Shown: piece by piece, positions 10,090 to 24,291 of the stretch | Position numbering within the stretch: position 1 is the stretch's first letter | Layout of the letters: each line of letters begins with the position of its first letter | Assembly: GCA_038087875.1 (NCBI GenBank) | Contig: CM075991.1 | Coordinates: 5,022,001 to 5,086,000, forward strand | Direction of reading: 5' to 3' | From: Malacoraja senta | Taxonomy: Eukaryota | DNA length: 64,000 nucleotides | Position numbers and translations under genes: made by a program | The notes under the pieces: model-generated | The model's database searches: none | What the model was told of the DNA's origin: nothing | The model's input: the letters and a program-made list of their open reading frames with translations, nothing else

Positions 10090-13000
10090 CATTTACTTAT
10101 CTAAAAGCCTCTTGAATGGCTTTATCGCTTCTGTTTCAATCGCCACGCTCGACAATGCATTCCAGGCACTCGGCGCTCGTCTCATTTAAACTTCGCCCTC
10201 TGTCCTTAAGTCAGTGCCCTCCAGTCGATGACATTTCCACCTGGAAAAAGAATTCTGACTGTCAGTTAATATTCTACCTTGCTTAACATTTTTATTGTCT
10301 AATTCTACCTTTGGAGACTCTTTGCATCTTTGCAAGTGAGTTTACTCCACTGCAGAGGAGAAAATGGTGTAATATTTGCTCATGAACAGTTTGCAGGAGT
10401 TTATAGCACCCACTATAAACGATGGAGAAGCATAGACATGATGAATTGGGCAGATGTAACGCTAACCCCACGATGAAAGAGAAGATGAGAGGCAGAGAAT
10501 TTCAGTGAAATAAATACATTAGGCCAGCTGGGAGATACCAATTAAAATTAAAGAAATGGAGAGAGACAGGGTGACCAGAATAATGAACTAAACTTGCACT
10601 TGTAGTAGTTGGTTGTAATCACTGAGACTGGAGGCTCTTCCCTTGAAGAACATTGAGTAATTTTGGTAAAGTAAGATTCATTACACTGGGACATCGAATC
10701 AATTTTTTTTTGCCCGTGTTTTAAGATAATAACTGAAAGCAATAAGCGTGACTTCAAGAAACATGGATTGGTAAACATGAACGAGAGGATGGTGCATATT
10801 TGTTCTTTTCTGCAGCTAGAGTTGTGACACAGAGCACCGAGGCAAGGGAATTAAAGAAGCATTCAATATATTGAAGGTACACAAAAATGCTGGAGAAACT
10901 CAGCGGGTGCAGCAGCATCTATGGAGCGAAGGAAATAGGCAACGTTTCAGGCCGAAACCCTTCTTCATATATCTCAATATATTGAGATGTTTTCAGACGT
11001 CTGAGAGTGGGGGTGAAATACCCAGTTATGTGGTGGTAGGACGGTATGAAAGGAAGAGAAATATGGCATATAGAGCACTCATGGGACCTTGAGCAGACTC
11101 CTTTTAATGGGCATGATCATCTTTTTTGAACATAGAAAGCAGGTCAAGCTTTTCTCCAGAATATGATGGTAATGAATACATACACTGTAAATTCTGTATG
11201 GTACGTGTTTTGTTCACATGTGAACAGATATTCTAGAGCATAAATAATGGAAACTAGGCAGGTCCATCAGGAGTAGAATCTGCACCATTGACCAGATGTT
11301 TTAGCGACTCACTAATGCTTATTTGACTGCCCATTACACCTACAATTTATACCAATTGGAAGAAGAAGCCAAACTGCAAATGGTAATAGCCCCACTCGTA
11401 TGTTTGCATGGTCGGCTCACAACATGTCCTGAGAGGAAAATATATCCTGGAACATATGGGTCAGTAGGATATGTCAATGTCTGCACCACAAGGAATGAAG
11501 AGATTCCAAAAGCAGCTGCTGATCATCATCACAGGACAGTAATTATGGACAATGATGTTGCTATTGCCAGAGATGTCAATACAATGTTTTTAAATGACAA
11601 TAATATTACATGGACAAATTTACTAAGCATGATTAGGAGGATTAAATCTTGAATTCCAGCAGAGACTATGACAGTGCTAAGTAGAACGAGTCCAGTGTTC
11701 AAGCCATAAGTTCAGAAGCTCAAAAGTCAAACATTCTGAGGTGGCATCAGTGTGGTATTTATCGTAGAATGAGTTTGAAACATTGTGAGTTGGTGTAGAG
11801 GCAGGTGATCCACAAACTGGATGAACCGTGGTTTACTGCTGGCCGGAACGAAGAGCCAAGACATCTACTGAATCAATTAGGGGGCAGTAAACGAATGGCG
11901 ACATTCAAGGTTGCAAAAGATCATATATAAAGTTGATGACTCAGGGAGACATTAGTTTGTGGCAATGTAAATGGTGACTAAAAATGGTGACTGAAGCAAA
12001 AGGAGACGTAACCGTTCAAATCGTTCATGGTGTGAAGAAGGGGCACTGTTCTACTGGAACAGGGTATAAAATGAAATTCTACACAATCAATCTATACTAG
12101 CCATTGCAAGTTCATATGTGTTTTGTTTATGAAGGGAGGTTTTGTTCATCCTATGTCTTATTATTATTATTATTTATTATTATTATACCTTTAATAATCC
12201 TTTGCAGGAAATTACAATGCCACGACAGCTTCAAGACAGACATAACACCACAAATAGCTTCCATACTTAACAAGTTAAAATACAAGTTAAAATACAAGTT
12301 AAAATACAATTAATTTTAAAAAAAGTGCAGTTATTTATGCGCATTATATAACCTTATCGCAGCTGGTAAACAGGACTTCCTATGTCTCTCCGTTTTGACT
12401 GAAGCTGCTGCTCTTGATCACCTTCAGGGCATGGAGTGGGCGAGTGGGGTTGGTCATTATAGAACCCAGTTTTTTCAGTTCTGGCCTCTGCCACCTGCTG
12501 GACCGTTCGTTGCTCAGCCCCGACCACTGAGCCGGCCTTCCTGATCAGATATACACAAACATAGTGATGGGACAGCAGTTACTGGCCCTTTATCATTCAC
12601 TGCCCGGCATGATGGATTTAGGTATCTTAGAGTAAGATAAACAATCCCTCTGATTATTCTCTTTGCCCTTTTATAGCCCATGGAGATGTTTTAATCGTCA
12701 TCCCACTTAACTCGTTGGGAAATTGATGGTCATTAGTGTTATAATCCTACACCTGATCTCAGCCTTTGGGAATCTGAATGTTATTCCATTGTTCACAATT
12801 TGAGAGCAGATGGGGGGTTTCAGAACCTCAAGAGCCTGTTGTTATCATGCTTTGGGAAACTAAAAGATTCATCACCCATCAAAAACAAGTGACACTGAAC
12901 TGTAAACGTTATTTCACTGAAGTTAAAAGGAACAAACACTCCATACAAAACAAAGCAATTATATCTAAAAATTTAAATGAGGGAATTCTTCAGATCTACT

Positions 13001-13389
13001 GATTTCATCAATCTAGAGAAAGCAACAGCAGCGTTCCTTGTCATCGCGCAATCCTGGGCATCTACGTGTGTGATTCCATGCAGTCCAGAGGGTGGCTTGG
13101 CAAACAGGAATTTGTTCAAAACCTTTCATGTTAGTTCTGCTTTCGGTCCTTATTAGCCTACTTATTCTCCTGTGGAACTATGGCCCAGAACCTTTCAGTC
13201 AAATCTCCCCTTTGAGATTTGAGAGGGAGCCAGGCCTTGTCCTATTACTATTTGGGATTAATGATGAAAAGAGACATGGGGACATATGGACCAGATATAT
13301 CCTGCTCACAGCCTACCTACGGATGTTTATGTATATGTATATGTTTACACAGGACCACGCTTTATTTATATACAATCAAGAAATATAGA

Positions 13390-15500
13390 TTCAATGCGTT
13401 AAGCCTCCCATTAGAGTGCAATTATCTCCACCATAATAATTGTGTGGTAAAACCTTTAGGATTGCCACCAATATCCGTTTATCTTGTCTTAAATTATGAT
13501 AGCAGAACTGTGCACAGTCCCCTGGGTATGGCCTCACCAACACCCTGTAACGTTTCAACAGTACTTCCCCTTTGCTGAAGTCCAGTCCGCTCACAGTAAA
13601 GGGACAATGCCATTTGTGCCGTTGCACTTAAATTCTATCTGTTTGTGATTCTTGTAGACAAACATCTAGATCCATCTGCACTTTGCTTATATCCAATGGT
13701 TCTCCGTTTAGATAACTGTCAGCCGTTATATTTATCTTACTGATGTGCATCGGCCCTTACTTTCCCAAGATTAAACTCATTTTGCCAATTTTGCCCAGTG
13801 TCTATATATTTGGTTGTAGAATACTAATATCCTCATCGCAATGGAGCTTCCCCCTTGCCTTTGTGTCACTCAGAAACTGGGAAACCCGGAAACTCTGCCT
13901 CACCCTCCATGTCATTAATATAAATCTGTGGGCAAAGAAATGTTACTCAGGGAACTCTACTAGTTACACCCTTCCAGCCTGGTATAGGGTACAGTTTATT
14001 CTGACACAGTAAAGGGCCTGTCCCACGGGCAGGCGATTTTATGCGGCAAGCGCGACCTCCCCGGAAGCGGGGGCTGCGCGGCTGCCGCGCAATGGCTGCG
14101 CGGTTGCCGCGCGGGGGCCGAGTGATCACCGTACGGTCTGTCCCACGGGCATGCGCTTCCATGCGGCGAGCGCGACCTTACCGGAAGCGGGTGCCGCGCG
14201 GAGGCCGAGTGATCACCGTACGGCCTGTCCCACGGGCATGCGCTTCCATGCGGCGAGCGTGACCTTACCGGAAGCGGGGGGTGAGCGGACGTCCAGTTCG
14301 AGCAAAGTCCGTTGGAAGCTCGAGCGGTTTTTATGTAGGTGAACATGGGTAGGTGACGTTTCGTTTTTTATGTAGGTGAACACGGGTACGTGATGTTTCG
14401 GGTCGAGACCCTTCCTCAGACAATAGAAGACTGCAGAAGACTTCAGTCCGAAGAAGGTGTCTCGACCCGAAACACCACCTGTCCACAGAAGCTGCCTGAT
14501 CTACTGAGTTAATTACTCCAGCATTTTTGGTGTGTCCATCTTCGGTGTAAATGGGCATTTGCAGTTCCTTGTAACTTAATTTCAATGTAACATCCAGCAA
14601 GGACCTTCTCAATTGCGGCATTATTCCTGAAATCTGGTTCAAAATATCTGGTGAAACAGATATGTGATTCATTCTTTAATTGGGGGGGGGGGTGGGGGGG
14701 GTCAGAGGATGATCTTTGGTTCAGAGCTTGTTTCACGTTTTGAGCAGTCTTGGCCAGGTGAATCCAGTCGACCCGTGTTTTAAAGGGACAGGCCACCCTG
14801 AGTGAACATGTCTTTGCGCGAAGAGCAAAAACTGGTGGAGGAACTCAGCGGGTCAGGTAGCATCTGTGGAGGGAAATTCTCAGACGACGTTTCACACTGA
14901 TGAAAGGTCTCGATTCGAAACATCGCCTGTCCATTTCCTTCCACAGATGCTGCCTGACCCGCTGAGTTCCTCCAGCAATTGGCTTTTTTTACTGGAGATT
15001 TCAATATCTGCGTTTACTTGTGTCTCCACTCAATGAGTAATGCCTTTACAGTAGAGTTTACTGGCTCCGCGCGGCCCCCGCTTCCTGTTAGGTCACGCTT
15101 GCTGCATGGAATCGCCTGCCTGTGGGACAGGCCCTTTACACATCTTCAATTCATGCTCCCACACTCCCCTTAGTGTCGTGTCTTCTTAAATTTAACAATA
15201 TCCTTTTTATGTGATACTTGTGAAATATCATCTGAACATTAAAAAAATATGTACAATTATCATCTCCCCTCTCAGTTCTCCTTGTTGTATCCTCAAAGAA
15301 CATCGATAGACCAGTCAAACATGATTAATGTTTCATAACATCACACTGACGTGATTTGATTACACATGCATTTTGCTTAACGACTTGTTATTTCTTGCTT
15401 GTTTATATATTCCAGCATTTTGCCAGAAATAGATGTTAAACTAACAAGAATACGGAGACCTGCTTTTCGTATTCCTTGTTTCTTGAGCTATGGAGTTACA
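13390..15500 (-). mobile_element. Old CR1 RT fragment (13390-14009 and 15139-15500) split by a MITE
   Basis: Minus ORF 13391-13627 has EVLLKRYRVLVRPY...CAQF...LRQD, the CR1 RT C-terminal motif. Degenerate RT continues after 15139. Confidence 0.6.
14010..15138. mobile_element. MITE with ~70-bp TIRs and internal ~87-bp GC-rich tandem repeats (PIF/Harbinger-like or TA-targeting)
   Basis: taaagggcctgtcccacgggcaggcgatt... at 14010 is the reverse complement of ...aatcgcctgcctgtgggacaggcccttta ending 15138. The TIR-derived unit repeats at ~14135 and ~14222. Confidence 0.8.
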
Positions 15501-15773
15501 TTTGTGTTTTTCTAATCCACTGGTACCTCCCCAGAACTCAGTGCGATTTGACAATGCTCAGCCAATGGCTCAATAACCTCTGTGGTTCATACCTTTCAAC
15601 TTCCCAACTGCGAACCACAGGGACACGGCGACTTGACTGCTTCTTCGAAAACGAAATAAACTGGAAATTGTCACCGCGTCGTATAGCATCTGTAAAGGAT
15701 GAAACTCAGTCATTGGGTGAAACTAACGCCTGGTGAACGAAATTCGGAAAACTCTTCTTTGGAAGTTAAGTCA

Positions 15774-18700
15774 GGACTTCCGGTGGCGCCATGATACACT
15801 GAACAGGCGCAGCATTTGGCTCCACTCCCGAAATCTGCGATATTTTGCGTAAAAAAAGGTTTGGAAGACGGGACCGATTTTAAATACTTAAACGTCATCA
15901 GAAATCGCCGCGAAAATAATGGTGGTTTAAGGTACTTTTAAATGAAAAAAGTGATTCCTGGCCAAAGCCCTCAAAGATCTGTTACAAAACATCTTTGGAA
16001 AAATCAGCAAACATCTGAAGAATTAACTTCTGAGTTAGCCTCTGAAATGGCTACAAGGGCAAAGGCTGAAATGGCTACAAAGGATAAAGAGCTGGAAGAA
16101 ATAAAGAAGTCGGTAAGAGATGAGATTGCTGCTGGAAACAAAAGTATGATGGAGAGCATGAACCTTGGGAATCAGAAAATTATTGACAATTGGTAATTTA
16201 AATAAACGAATTGATGACGTGGAAGGTGAATTAACTGTGAAAATTGATCGGGTGGAAGAAGATTGCACGGACAAGTTTGACTCTGTTCTCCAAACTGCTA
16301 CATCATATCAGACTGCTATGAAAGATATGGAAGCATCTATGTTACAAATGTCTGAAGATATGCAGAGAATGAAGAAAGATCAGGAGTGTGTCGTGGGGCA
16401 GTTGGCTAAAATGTCTGATATATGCCTTGATTTGGAAGCACGTTCAAGATGGCAGAATTTAAGAATAGTTGGAGTGACAGAGGGAAAGAAGGGGAGTGAT
16501 CCTCGTGAGTTTGCTGCCAACTTACTTAAACAAATACTCAACCTGCCCGTCGAACCAAAAATAGAAGTGGCACATCGGGTGCGAAGAGCACAATCAAGAG
16601 CATAATCAAAGCCAGGAGCCCCCCCACGACAGATCATAGTGAAATTTCGTGACATTTCAGCTTTGGAAGATGTTATGAAAAATAACCAATACGGAAAGAA
16701 TATGATGTTTGGGAAAGATACCAGTAAACTATTCAGAGATTATCCTTATGAAATCGCCAAAAAACGAGAATTGTTTTCAAAGACACGACAGATCCTGAAA
16801 GGAAATCAAATTGTCAGATATGGTGTAATGTATCCGGCTAAAATGAGGATTACCTATAATGGTACCGAACATGCGTTTACTGACCCAGATGCAGCATACA
16901 AACATGCTCAAGACATCGTAAAAGAGATAGCTGGCTAAGTAAATCATCACGACTGCCAGGACAAGGCTTTTTATTCCACAGATATCGGCAGAGGGGAAGC
17001 TGAGAAAGATGACTTTTTAAAAGACTAAGATGGCGGAGCTCCTCCACATGCTGGTGTCTAGACATCTTATCTTCTTTGGAATGTGAACTCAAGGACATTC
17101 TTTGTTCCACCTCAAATGAAATACGGAACAACAAGGGTGCGGCTGAATGGAGAACTTAATACAAACGGACTTGAAAATAAACTTTTTGAATTAAAGTCTT
17201 TTAAAATTTTAACTCTATACTAACACAGAAACTACTGAATTAACATAGTAATAGCAATTGAATCTAATGCGAACTGTTAAAAGGGTAGAATGTAATAATG
17301 TATTATAATGATTGACCCCCCCCCCTGGGGAGGGGAAGGGGGGGCAAAATATAAGGAAATAGATTAATAACAGACTAAAAAAACTAACTTATATAATATA
17401 CTAGGCTTCAGTTCCAGTTATGCTTGGGAGGAGGTGAAAAGATTCAGGCCCTTGGCAAACAGCCAGGAGTCTGACTCTGGTTAACCCCTTCCAACCAGCA
17501 GCTGATTATTACTGAATGTGAAGCAAATGTAAAAACTGTTAGCATAAGTAAATGGTAGATAATCTGAAGACTTAATTAGATAAGACTTAATTAGATATAT
17601 ATATATATTGTAATTGTGATATATATAATTCGGTTTTGAATTGGCCCCACCTTCCTTTTGCAAGATTTTTCAAGGGAGTGGAGCTAAATGTATATTAACA
17701 ACAACGGAAGTCAACAGACTTGTAACTACCACCATTAGGTGGATAATTTGTTACAGTGTCGTTATTTTTAGACACTGTAATATCACTTTTTAAATTATTT
17801 TTTTTGTGACAATATTTCACACATTTTTTTTGTCTTTTTGTTTAAGGACAATTTTAAAAGGGATATACCAACAGAATTTAATAGCTGCAAATGCTCCCCC
17901 AACACCCAGAGACCTGAGGTATTGGTTGCACCATATGACTCAAATGTATTAAAATAATTTAAAATGCAAGACGATAAACAAAAGAAACTTGGAGGAATCA
18001 CATTTTGCAGTTGGAACATAAGGGGTGCTAACGAACCTATTAAAAGGGGTAAGATTCTCGCACAATTGAAATCGCTCAATTCAGACATAATTTTCTTACA
18101 AGAAACACATCTGAAATTGCAAGCTCAGACTAGATTGAAGGCAAATTGGATAGGTCAAACATATCAATCTTCATATATCTCTAAATCTAGAGGTACGGCA
18201 ATTATTATTCATAAAGGTATACCATTTAAATCAAAGAATATCATAATAGATAAGGAAGGGAGATATCTCATAGTTACCGGAGAGATTCATGCTACTCCAA
18301 TTACCATGGTAAATATTTATGCGCCTAATTTTGATAATCCCCAATTTTTTAATAAAATCCTGAATATAATTTCAGAGTTTAATTATCAAAACGTGATAAT
18401 TGGCGGAGACTTTAAATGCGTTTTAGATCCGTACCTGGATAAATCTGCACAACAAAAGAGGGGTAACACAAAATCTAAAACTAGTGAACTCCTAAATACA
18501 TACATAAAAAATACAAATACAACAGATGTTTGGAGGATCGCTAACCCAGCTGGAAGGGAATACTTGTTTTATTCAACGGTACACAAAACGTATTCACGTA
18601 TTGACTACTTTTTAGTGGACACAAAATTAATTCCCTACACAATGAACCCAAAATATCACAACAGCATTATTTCTGATCGCTCCCCGTTAACTTTTTTATT

Positions 18701-19613
18701 TAAACTTGAAGGAATGCCTAATAAAAAAATTGGAGGTTTAATCCTCAAATTCTAAATGATCCACAAGGTGGTATATATTTAAAACAACAGATGGAACTTT
18801 TTTTCGAGACCAATGACACCCCAGATATTTCACCCGCTTTACTATGGGAATCTTTTAAAGCATTTATCAGATGATCTATAATTTTATATCAAGCTTTTCA
18901 AAATAAAAAGAATAAGAATGAACAAAGGCAGTTAGAAGAACAAATTAGACAATTGGATCTAGATAACGCTAAAGAGCCAACTATAGATAAACATAATAAA
19001 ATAACAATATTGAAATTTAAATTAAATTAAATATTATCAGCAAAAGTTATAAGATTATTTCAAATTACAAAACGGGAAAATTTTGAATTCGTTGATAAAC
19101 CACATAAACTTTTGGCACGTCAACTGAAAAAATGGGGAAAAATATCATACGATTTTAAAGATTAAAACAGATAAAGGTGAATTGTTAACACTACCTAATG
19201 ATATTAATAAAAGATTTGCTCAATTTTATCAAAATTTATATACATCTAAAACATCAGCAGATAGTACTAAAGTTATAGAGTTCTTGGATAACTGTAATCT
19301 CCCAAAACTTAACCTGATCGAACAAGAGGAATTAGGAGCACAAATCTCAATTAAGGAAATAGAAGAAACAATAAACACACTAAAGAATGGAAAAACACCG
19401 GGGCCAGATGGATTTAGTAATGAATTTTATAAAAGATTTTATGAGATAATTTCACCACATTTACATAAAATGTATACATATGCTTTCAAAGAACAAACGT
19501 TACCAGAAACATTAGCTGAATCAACGATTACACTTATACCTAAAAACGATAAAGATTTAGAAGACCCTGGTTCATACAGAGCCATTGCGCTGTTAAATAC
19601 AGATCAAAAAATA
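15774..19613 (+). mobile_element. L1-clade LINE: 5'UTR, ORF1, inter-ORF, ORF2 endonuclease and start of RT; 3'-truncated and degenerate
   Basis: 5' end ggacttccggtggcgccatg. ORF1 pieces 15942-16938 (coiled coil, DLEARSRWQNLRIVGV, EVAHRV, YGVMYPAKMRI). ORF2 17964-18755 is an APE domain (SWNIRG, FLQETH, NIYAPN, GGDF, SRIDYF). 19182-19613 has KTPGPDGF..EFYK and SYRAIALLNTDQKI. Confidence 0.92.
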
Positions 19614-22600
19614 TGGTGGAATGGGACTGCCTCGTTAAAGTGTTGCAAAAATTTCAAATGGGAGATCATTTTATCTCATCGGTAAAACTATTATATGACA
19701 ATACTTGCTGACAGAGGTGATTATGATTGTAGTGCTCAATGCATTATTTGTTAGATACAGTTCATGACCATAAAATATCTTCAGCATCACACGAGTGAGG
19801 AAGCTCCAAGTATTCCATAATAACAGAGCCACACAGAGTATGTAACAACTGTCTGGTGAATCAAGTAATTCCCTATTATTATCGATTGTGTTTATCAAGC
19901 AACGGGTAGAGAAGTTTGAAAACGCATTCCTCCATATTCAGGAACACCTTTTTCCTAGCAGTTATCAGGCAATTGAAGGGTCCTCTCATCACCTAATCTC
20001 TGATATCTCATCTACCTCATTGGGAAACTTTGAACTATCTTTAAAGGACCACAATGTTAGCTCCTTGCACAAAATTCTGTAATCTTTATCCTTTATCTGT
20101 GCACAGTGGACGGCTTGATTGTAAACAGGTATGATCATTTCTTTGCCTGGTTATCTTGCAAACAAAAGTTAATCTTTCTACCTTGGTCCATGTGACAATA
20201 ACATACTAAACTAATTAGAAAATGGCGATGTGTTCTCTCCTGTTTATCATATACTGTGTACTAATGGTTTGTGAAACTTACTGTGAAAACAGTAAGTTTG
20301 TAGTTGATACTAAAACTGGTGCTATAGTGGACAGTGAAGTAGATGGTCTGAGATTACAACAGGATATCGATGAACTGGGAAAGTGGTAAAGAAATGGCAG
20401 ATGGAATAGAATGCACACATGTGATGCATTTTGAGACAGTAGCAGCCAGAGGGAAATGCCAGGGTTCTCATCAGGCGCTGTGAGAACATTTCTCTGACTA
20501 GAAAGATATGCTGGAAACTGGAGAGCAAAGAAACACGTTTAATAATGTCACACAATGGACACCTGGTCACTATGGACACTGTCAATATCGAACATGGCCA
20601 ACATCTTTACCATCATGTATAGGTTCCTAATGTGAGCTATGTACAGGGCAGAACAAGCAAATGGATTTGTAGAAAGGAAGAACTGCAGATGCTGCTTTAT
20701 GCTAAAGAGAGACACAAAGTTCTGGAGTAACTCAGCGGGTCTGGCAGCATCTATGCAGAAAAGGAATAGGTGATCTTTCAGGTCGAGACCCTTCTTCAGA
20801 GTGGTTTTGAAGGTATTAGCTATGAGATGATAGCTTGGGTTGTGTTCTCTAGAGTATCAGAGACTGAGGGGACCTGAGAGAAGTATATAGAATTAAGAGA
20901 GACAGAGATATCGTAGACAGTCATAACCTTTTTCCCAGGGTGGAGTCGTCTATTGCACAGACCAACCTCTCCACCATTGACTCCATCTATATTTTGCACT
21001 GCCTGGTGAAAGCAGTAATCAAAAAATTGTCCTATCTCGGTCATTCCTTATTCTCCCTGCTTCCATTCTTCTCCTCTGTTATCAGACTTCTGAATGATTA
21101 TTCCTTAAGCTAGGGCACTGCCTGATTCACCTCCATCCCATTTTTGGATATTGTACTGTGTCTATGGAACTGGTGCACTACCATATTGAAAACTGTATTC
21201 TGCGCTCCGTATCTTCCCCTTTGCACTAACCATTGTATTTGAGTTTGAATTGATTGTTTTTTTGTACAATATTATTTGATCAGATTAGATAGCATGAACC
21301 CTCTTTTGCTTAAATCCACACTCTGCCACCTCCAGTTTAAATTCCATTTGGAATATTTTGGAGGACCAAGAACCAAGAACCAAGAACCAAAACAAACCTT
21401 TTTAATGTACCTCAGCATAAGTGACAATAAGAAACCTAAATCTAAACTGGGAGGCACAGTTTTAAGGTGAGAGGGGCGAAATTTAAACGAGAGGCGCAGG
21501 GTAATTTTTTTACATTGAGTGGTGGGTGCCTGGAAGGTGCTGCTAGAAGTGGCAAATGAGATAGTGGCATTTAAGAGGCTTTTAAATTGGCATATGAATA
21601 TACAGAGCATAGAGAGATATGGATCACATGTAGGCAGAGGAGATAGTTGGTATCATGTTTGGCACATATATTGTGGATCAAAAGACCTGTTCCTGTGCTG
21701 TACTGTTCTATGATCTATGTACTGCTGGCTCAGGTGGTGTCAGTGCCGTCTTCACTCTCTTGGCTGGTGTTCTCTTTGGCCTCTCCTGGCTCTTGAAGGC
21801 TTCACTGACTGCTGGTAAGGTTGTCCACTGCTCACCAGCATGCAGAGTTATTGATGCTCACCAGGGGGAGCTATTGCAGGCCACCAGCCAAAGGTAAAAC
21901 GTCCCAGTTTGCTGATTTGGGGGATTAGTTATATTGTTGACAGGGACTGCTAGGGGCTTTTCTCCGCTTGACACGATTGGATGACAAGGTGGAAGGGACG
22001 TTTCTCTTCCCTTCAAAGGATAATAAGTTTGGGCAAGTCTCTAAAGGCAATCATCCACAGCAGAAAACCAAGGCCCTATTCAACCTGTGTCACCATCTGT
22101 TCCCTTTCCCTGTGTTGAATATTTCTTCACTGATATGTGGCCTGCAAATGGTCAATGACAGCAAATCTTCTGTAGTACGACAAACCTGTGAGCTTAAACT
22201 GAATGGCGAAACAAAGAACTGCACACCTTCTACCAGTCGTCACTCACTCCCCATTTTTGCAGTCTGTATTTTTCTCTCTCCCCGTGAGTCTGTTCCTTTA
22301 TCTACCCTTCCCTTCTATTCTTTCTGCCCTCTCTCTCCTGTCCCTTTCTGTCTCCCCAACCACTTTCTGTTCTCTGATTTTGTCTCCCTCCCTTCTCCGT
22401 CTATCTTTCTATTCCTCCTTCACAGCCTGTCTCTCTTTTTAAGAGGCATGTAAACAGACACATGAACAAGTAGAATGGAGTTATACGGACCATGTGCAGG
22501 CAGATATGCAGTTTAATCTGACATCATGCTCAGCCAGACACTGTGGGCTGAAGGGCCTGTACCTAGGCTGCACCATGTTCTCAGCCTATACATCACTCTC

Positions 22601-22889
22601 TTCCTCCATTTGTCTGCCCATCTCTCTCCCTTATCGTCCACCTACTTGCCTCTTGCTCCCTCTCACCTCTCCTCTGCCATCTTTTGTCTGTCCATCTTTC
22701 TTTTGTCTGTCCATCTTTTCTATTCTGGCACCACCTATCTTTTTGTCTCACTTCCCTGCTTGTCTGCCTCTCTCGCCTTGCTCTTCCTTCTTCATCTGCC
22801 AGTCTGTGGTACCCCGCTCCCTGCATATCTTTTAGACTGTGTAACTCTCCCCTGATTTTCTGCTTTTCTCTCTTTCACGTATTTATTTA

Positions 22890-23311
<422 letters not shown>

Positions 23312-23786
23312 TACATTGAGACCCAACATTTTCCAGCATGGAGTAAAATTTGAGAGGAAAATGCACTCTGAGCTTACCCTATTATTGTATCTTTACAAAA
23401 TACCTACCTGTATGATACCTGGTATTATGATGCTTGTATCATTTCCACTGCCTGGTGATCACCCATTCCTACATTAACTATCTTAAGCTACAGGGTGACC
23501 ACCTCCAACAGACATAATTCCCAGCCTTGCAGACCTTCGAACTATCTTTATTGTCACATGTGACAAGTCACAGTGACATTCTTTACTTGCATATCCAAGG
23601 TATGCAAAGGTCGCCACATAAGGGCACTGATGAAATAACAAAGTATACACAGTATCCTCTAAAGGTCCCCGTCTGTTTCACCACCTCCCCCCCCCCTCAC
23701 GGCAGGCCACCCCCCCCCCCCCCACCCCGATGTTGGTCCCTCCTCCCTCAGCAGCCCCAGCGAGGCCCACCAGGAGCCTTTCCACC

Positions 23787-24056
23787 TTTTTTCTGGGCTT
23801 ACGTCCGTGCCCGGGGGGGGTAACTAGAAAGGGACTATGCGCTGTCCAAGGGGACCATGGAGGAATTATTGGACCACTGGGCACCACATGGTGGGGGGGG
23901 GGTGGTGTAAGGGTGGAATGTATCCTCAATAAGAATGGGGAAATAGTGTTTTAATATTTAAGAATATTTGCTTTATTTTGTATTATGGTGGTGCTTTGTT
24001 TGTATTTTTGTGTGTATTTTTGTAAATAGTTGATTTAAATTATTTTTGGTTAAAAA
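23787..24056 (+). mobile_element. Tx1-like LINE 3' end with 15-bp TSD
   Basis: Degenerate FWAYVRAR..LERDYALSKGTMEE..DHWAP..VECIL C-terminus and A-tail. TSD aggagcctttccacc (23772-23786) / aggagtctttccacc (24057-24071). Confidence 0.65.
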
Positions 24057-24163
24057 AGGAGTCTTTCCACCAGGAGTCTTTTCACTAACTGGATAACATG
24101 CAACATCAAAGCTTTTCACTGTACCTCGTTACACGTGACAATAGTAAACTAAATCTAAATGGT

Positions 24164-24291
24164 CTTCTTCTTGCGTATGGCGTGCACAGCCTAAAGTTGT
24201 AGGACAACTTGTTCTATTTGATCGTGCACACCGGGTTGATTGCATTCGTCGAAACAGGGCGGACCACGTGAATGTTGCAATCTCCCACCCC
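24164..24291 (-). mobile_element. HDV-like-ribozyme retroposon, copy 2 (ribozyme 24238-24291)
   Basis: 12-bp TSD aatctaaatggt (24152-24163 / 24292-24303). Same 5' start GGGGUGG; one P3 mismatch (ACA/GGU). Confidence 0.9.

Noticed and set aside
21655..22453. Possible exons of a neighbouring host gene
   Set aside because: No recognisable protein similarity or convincing splice-site pair.
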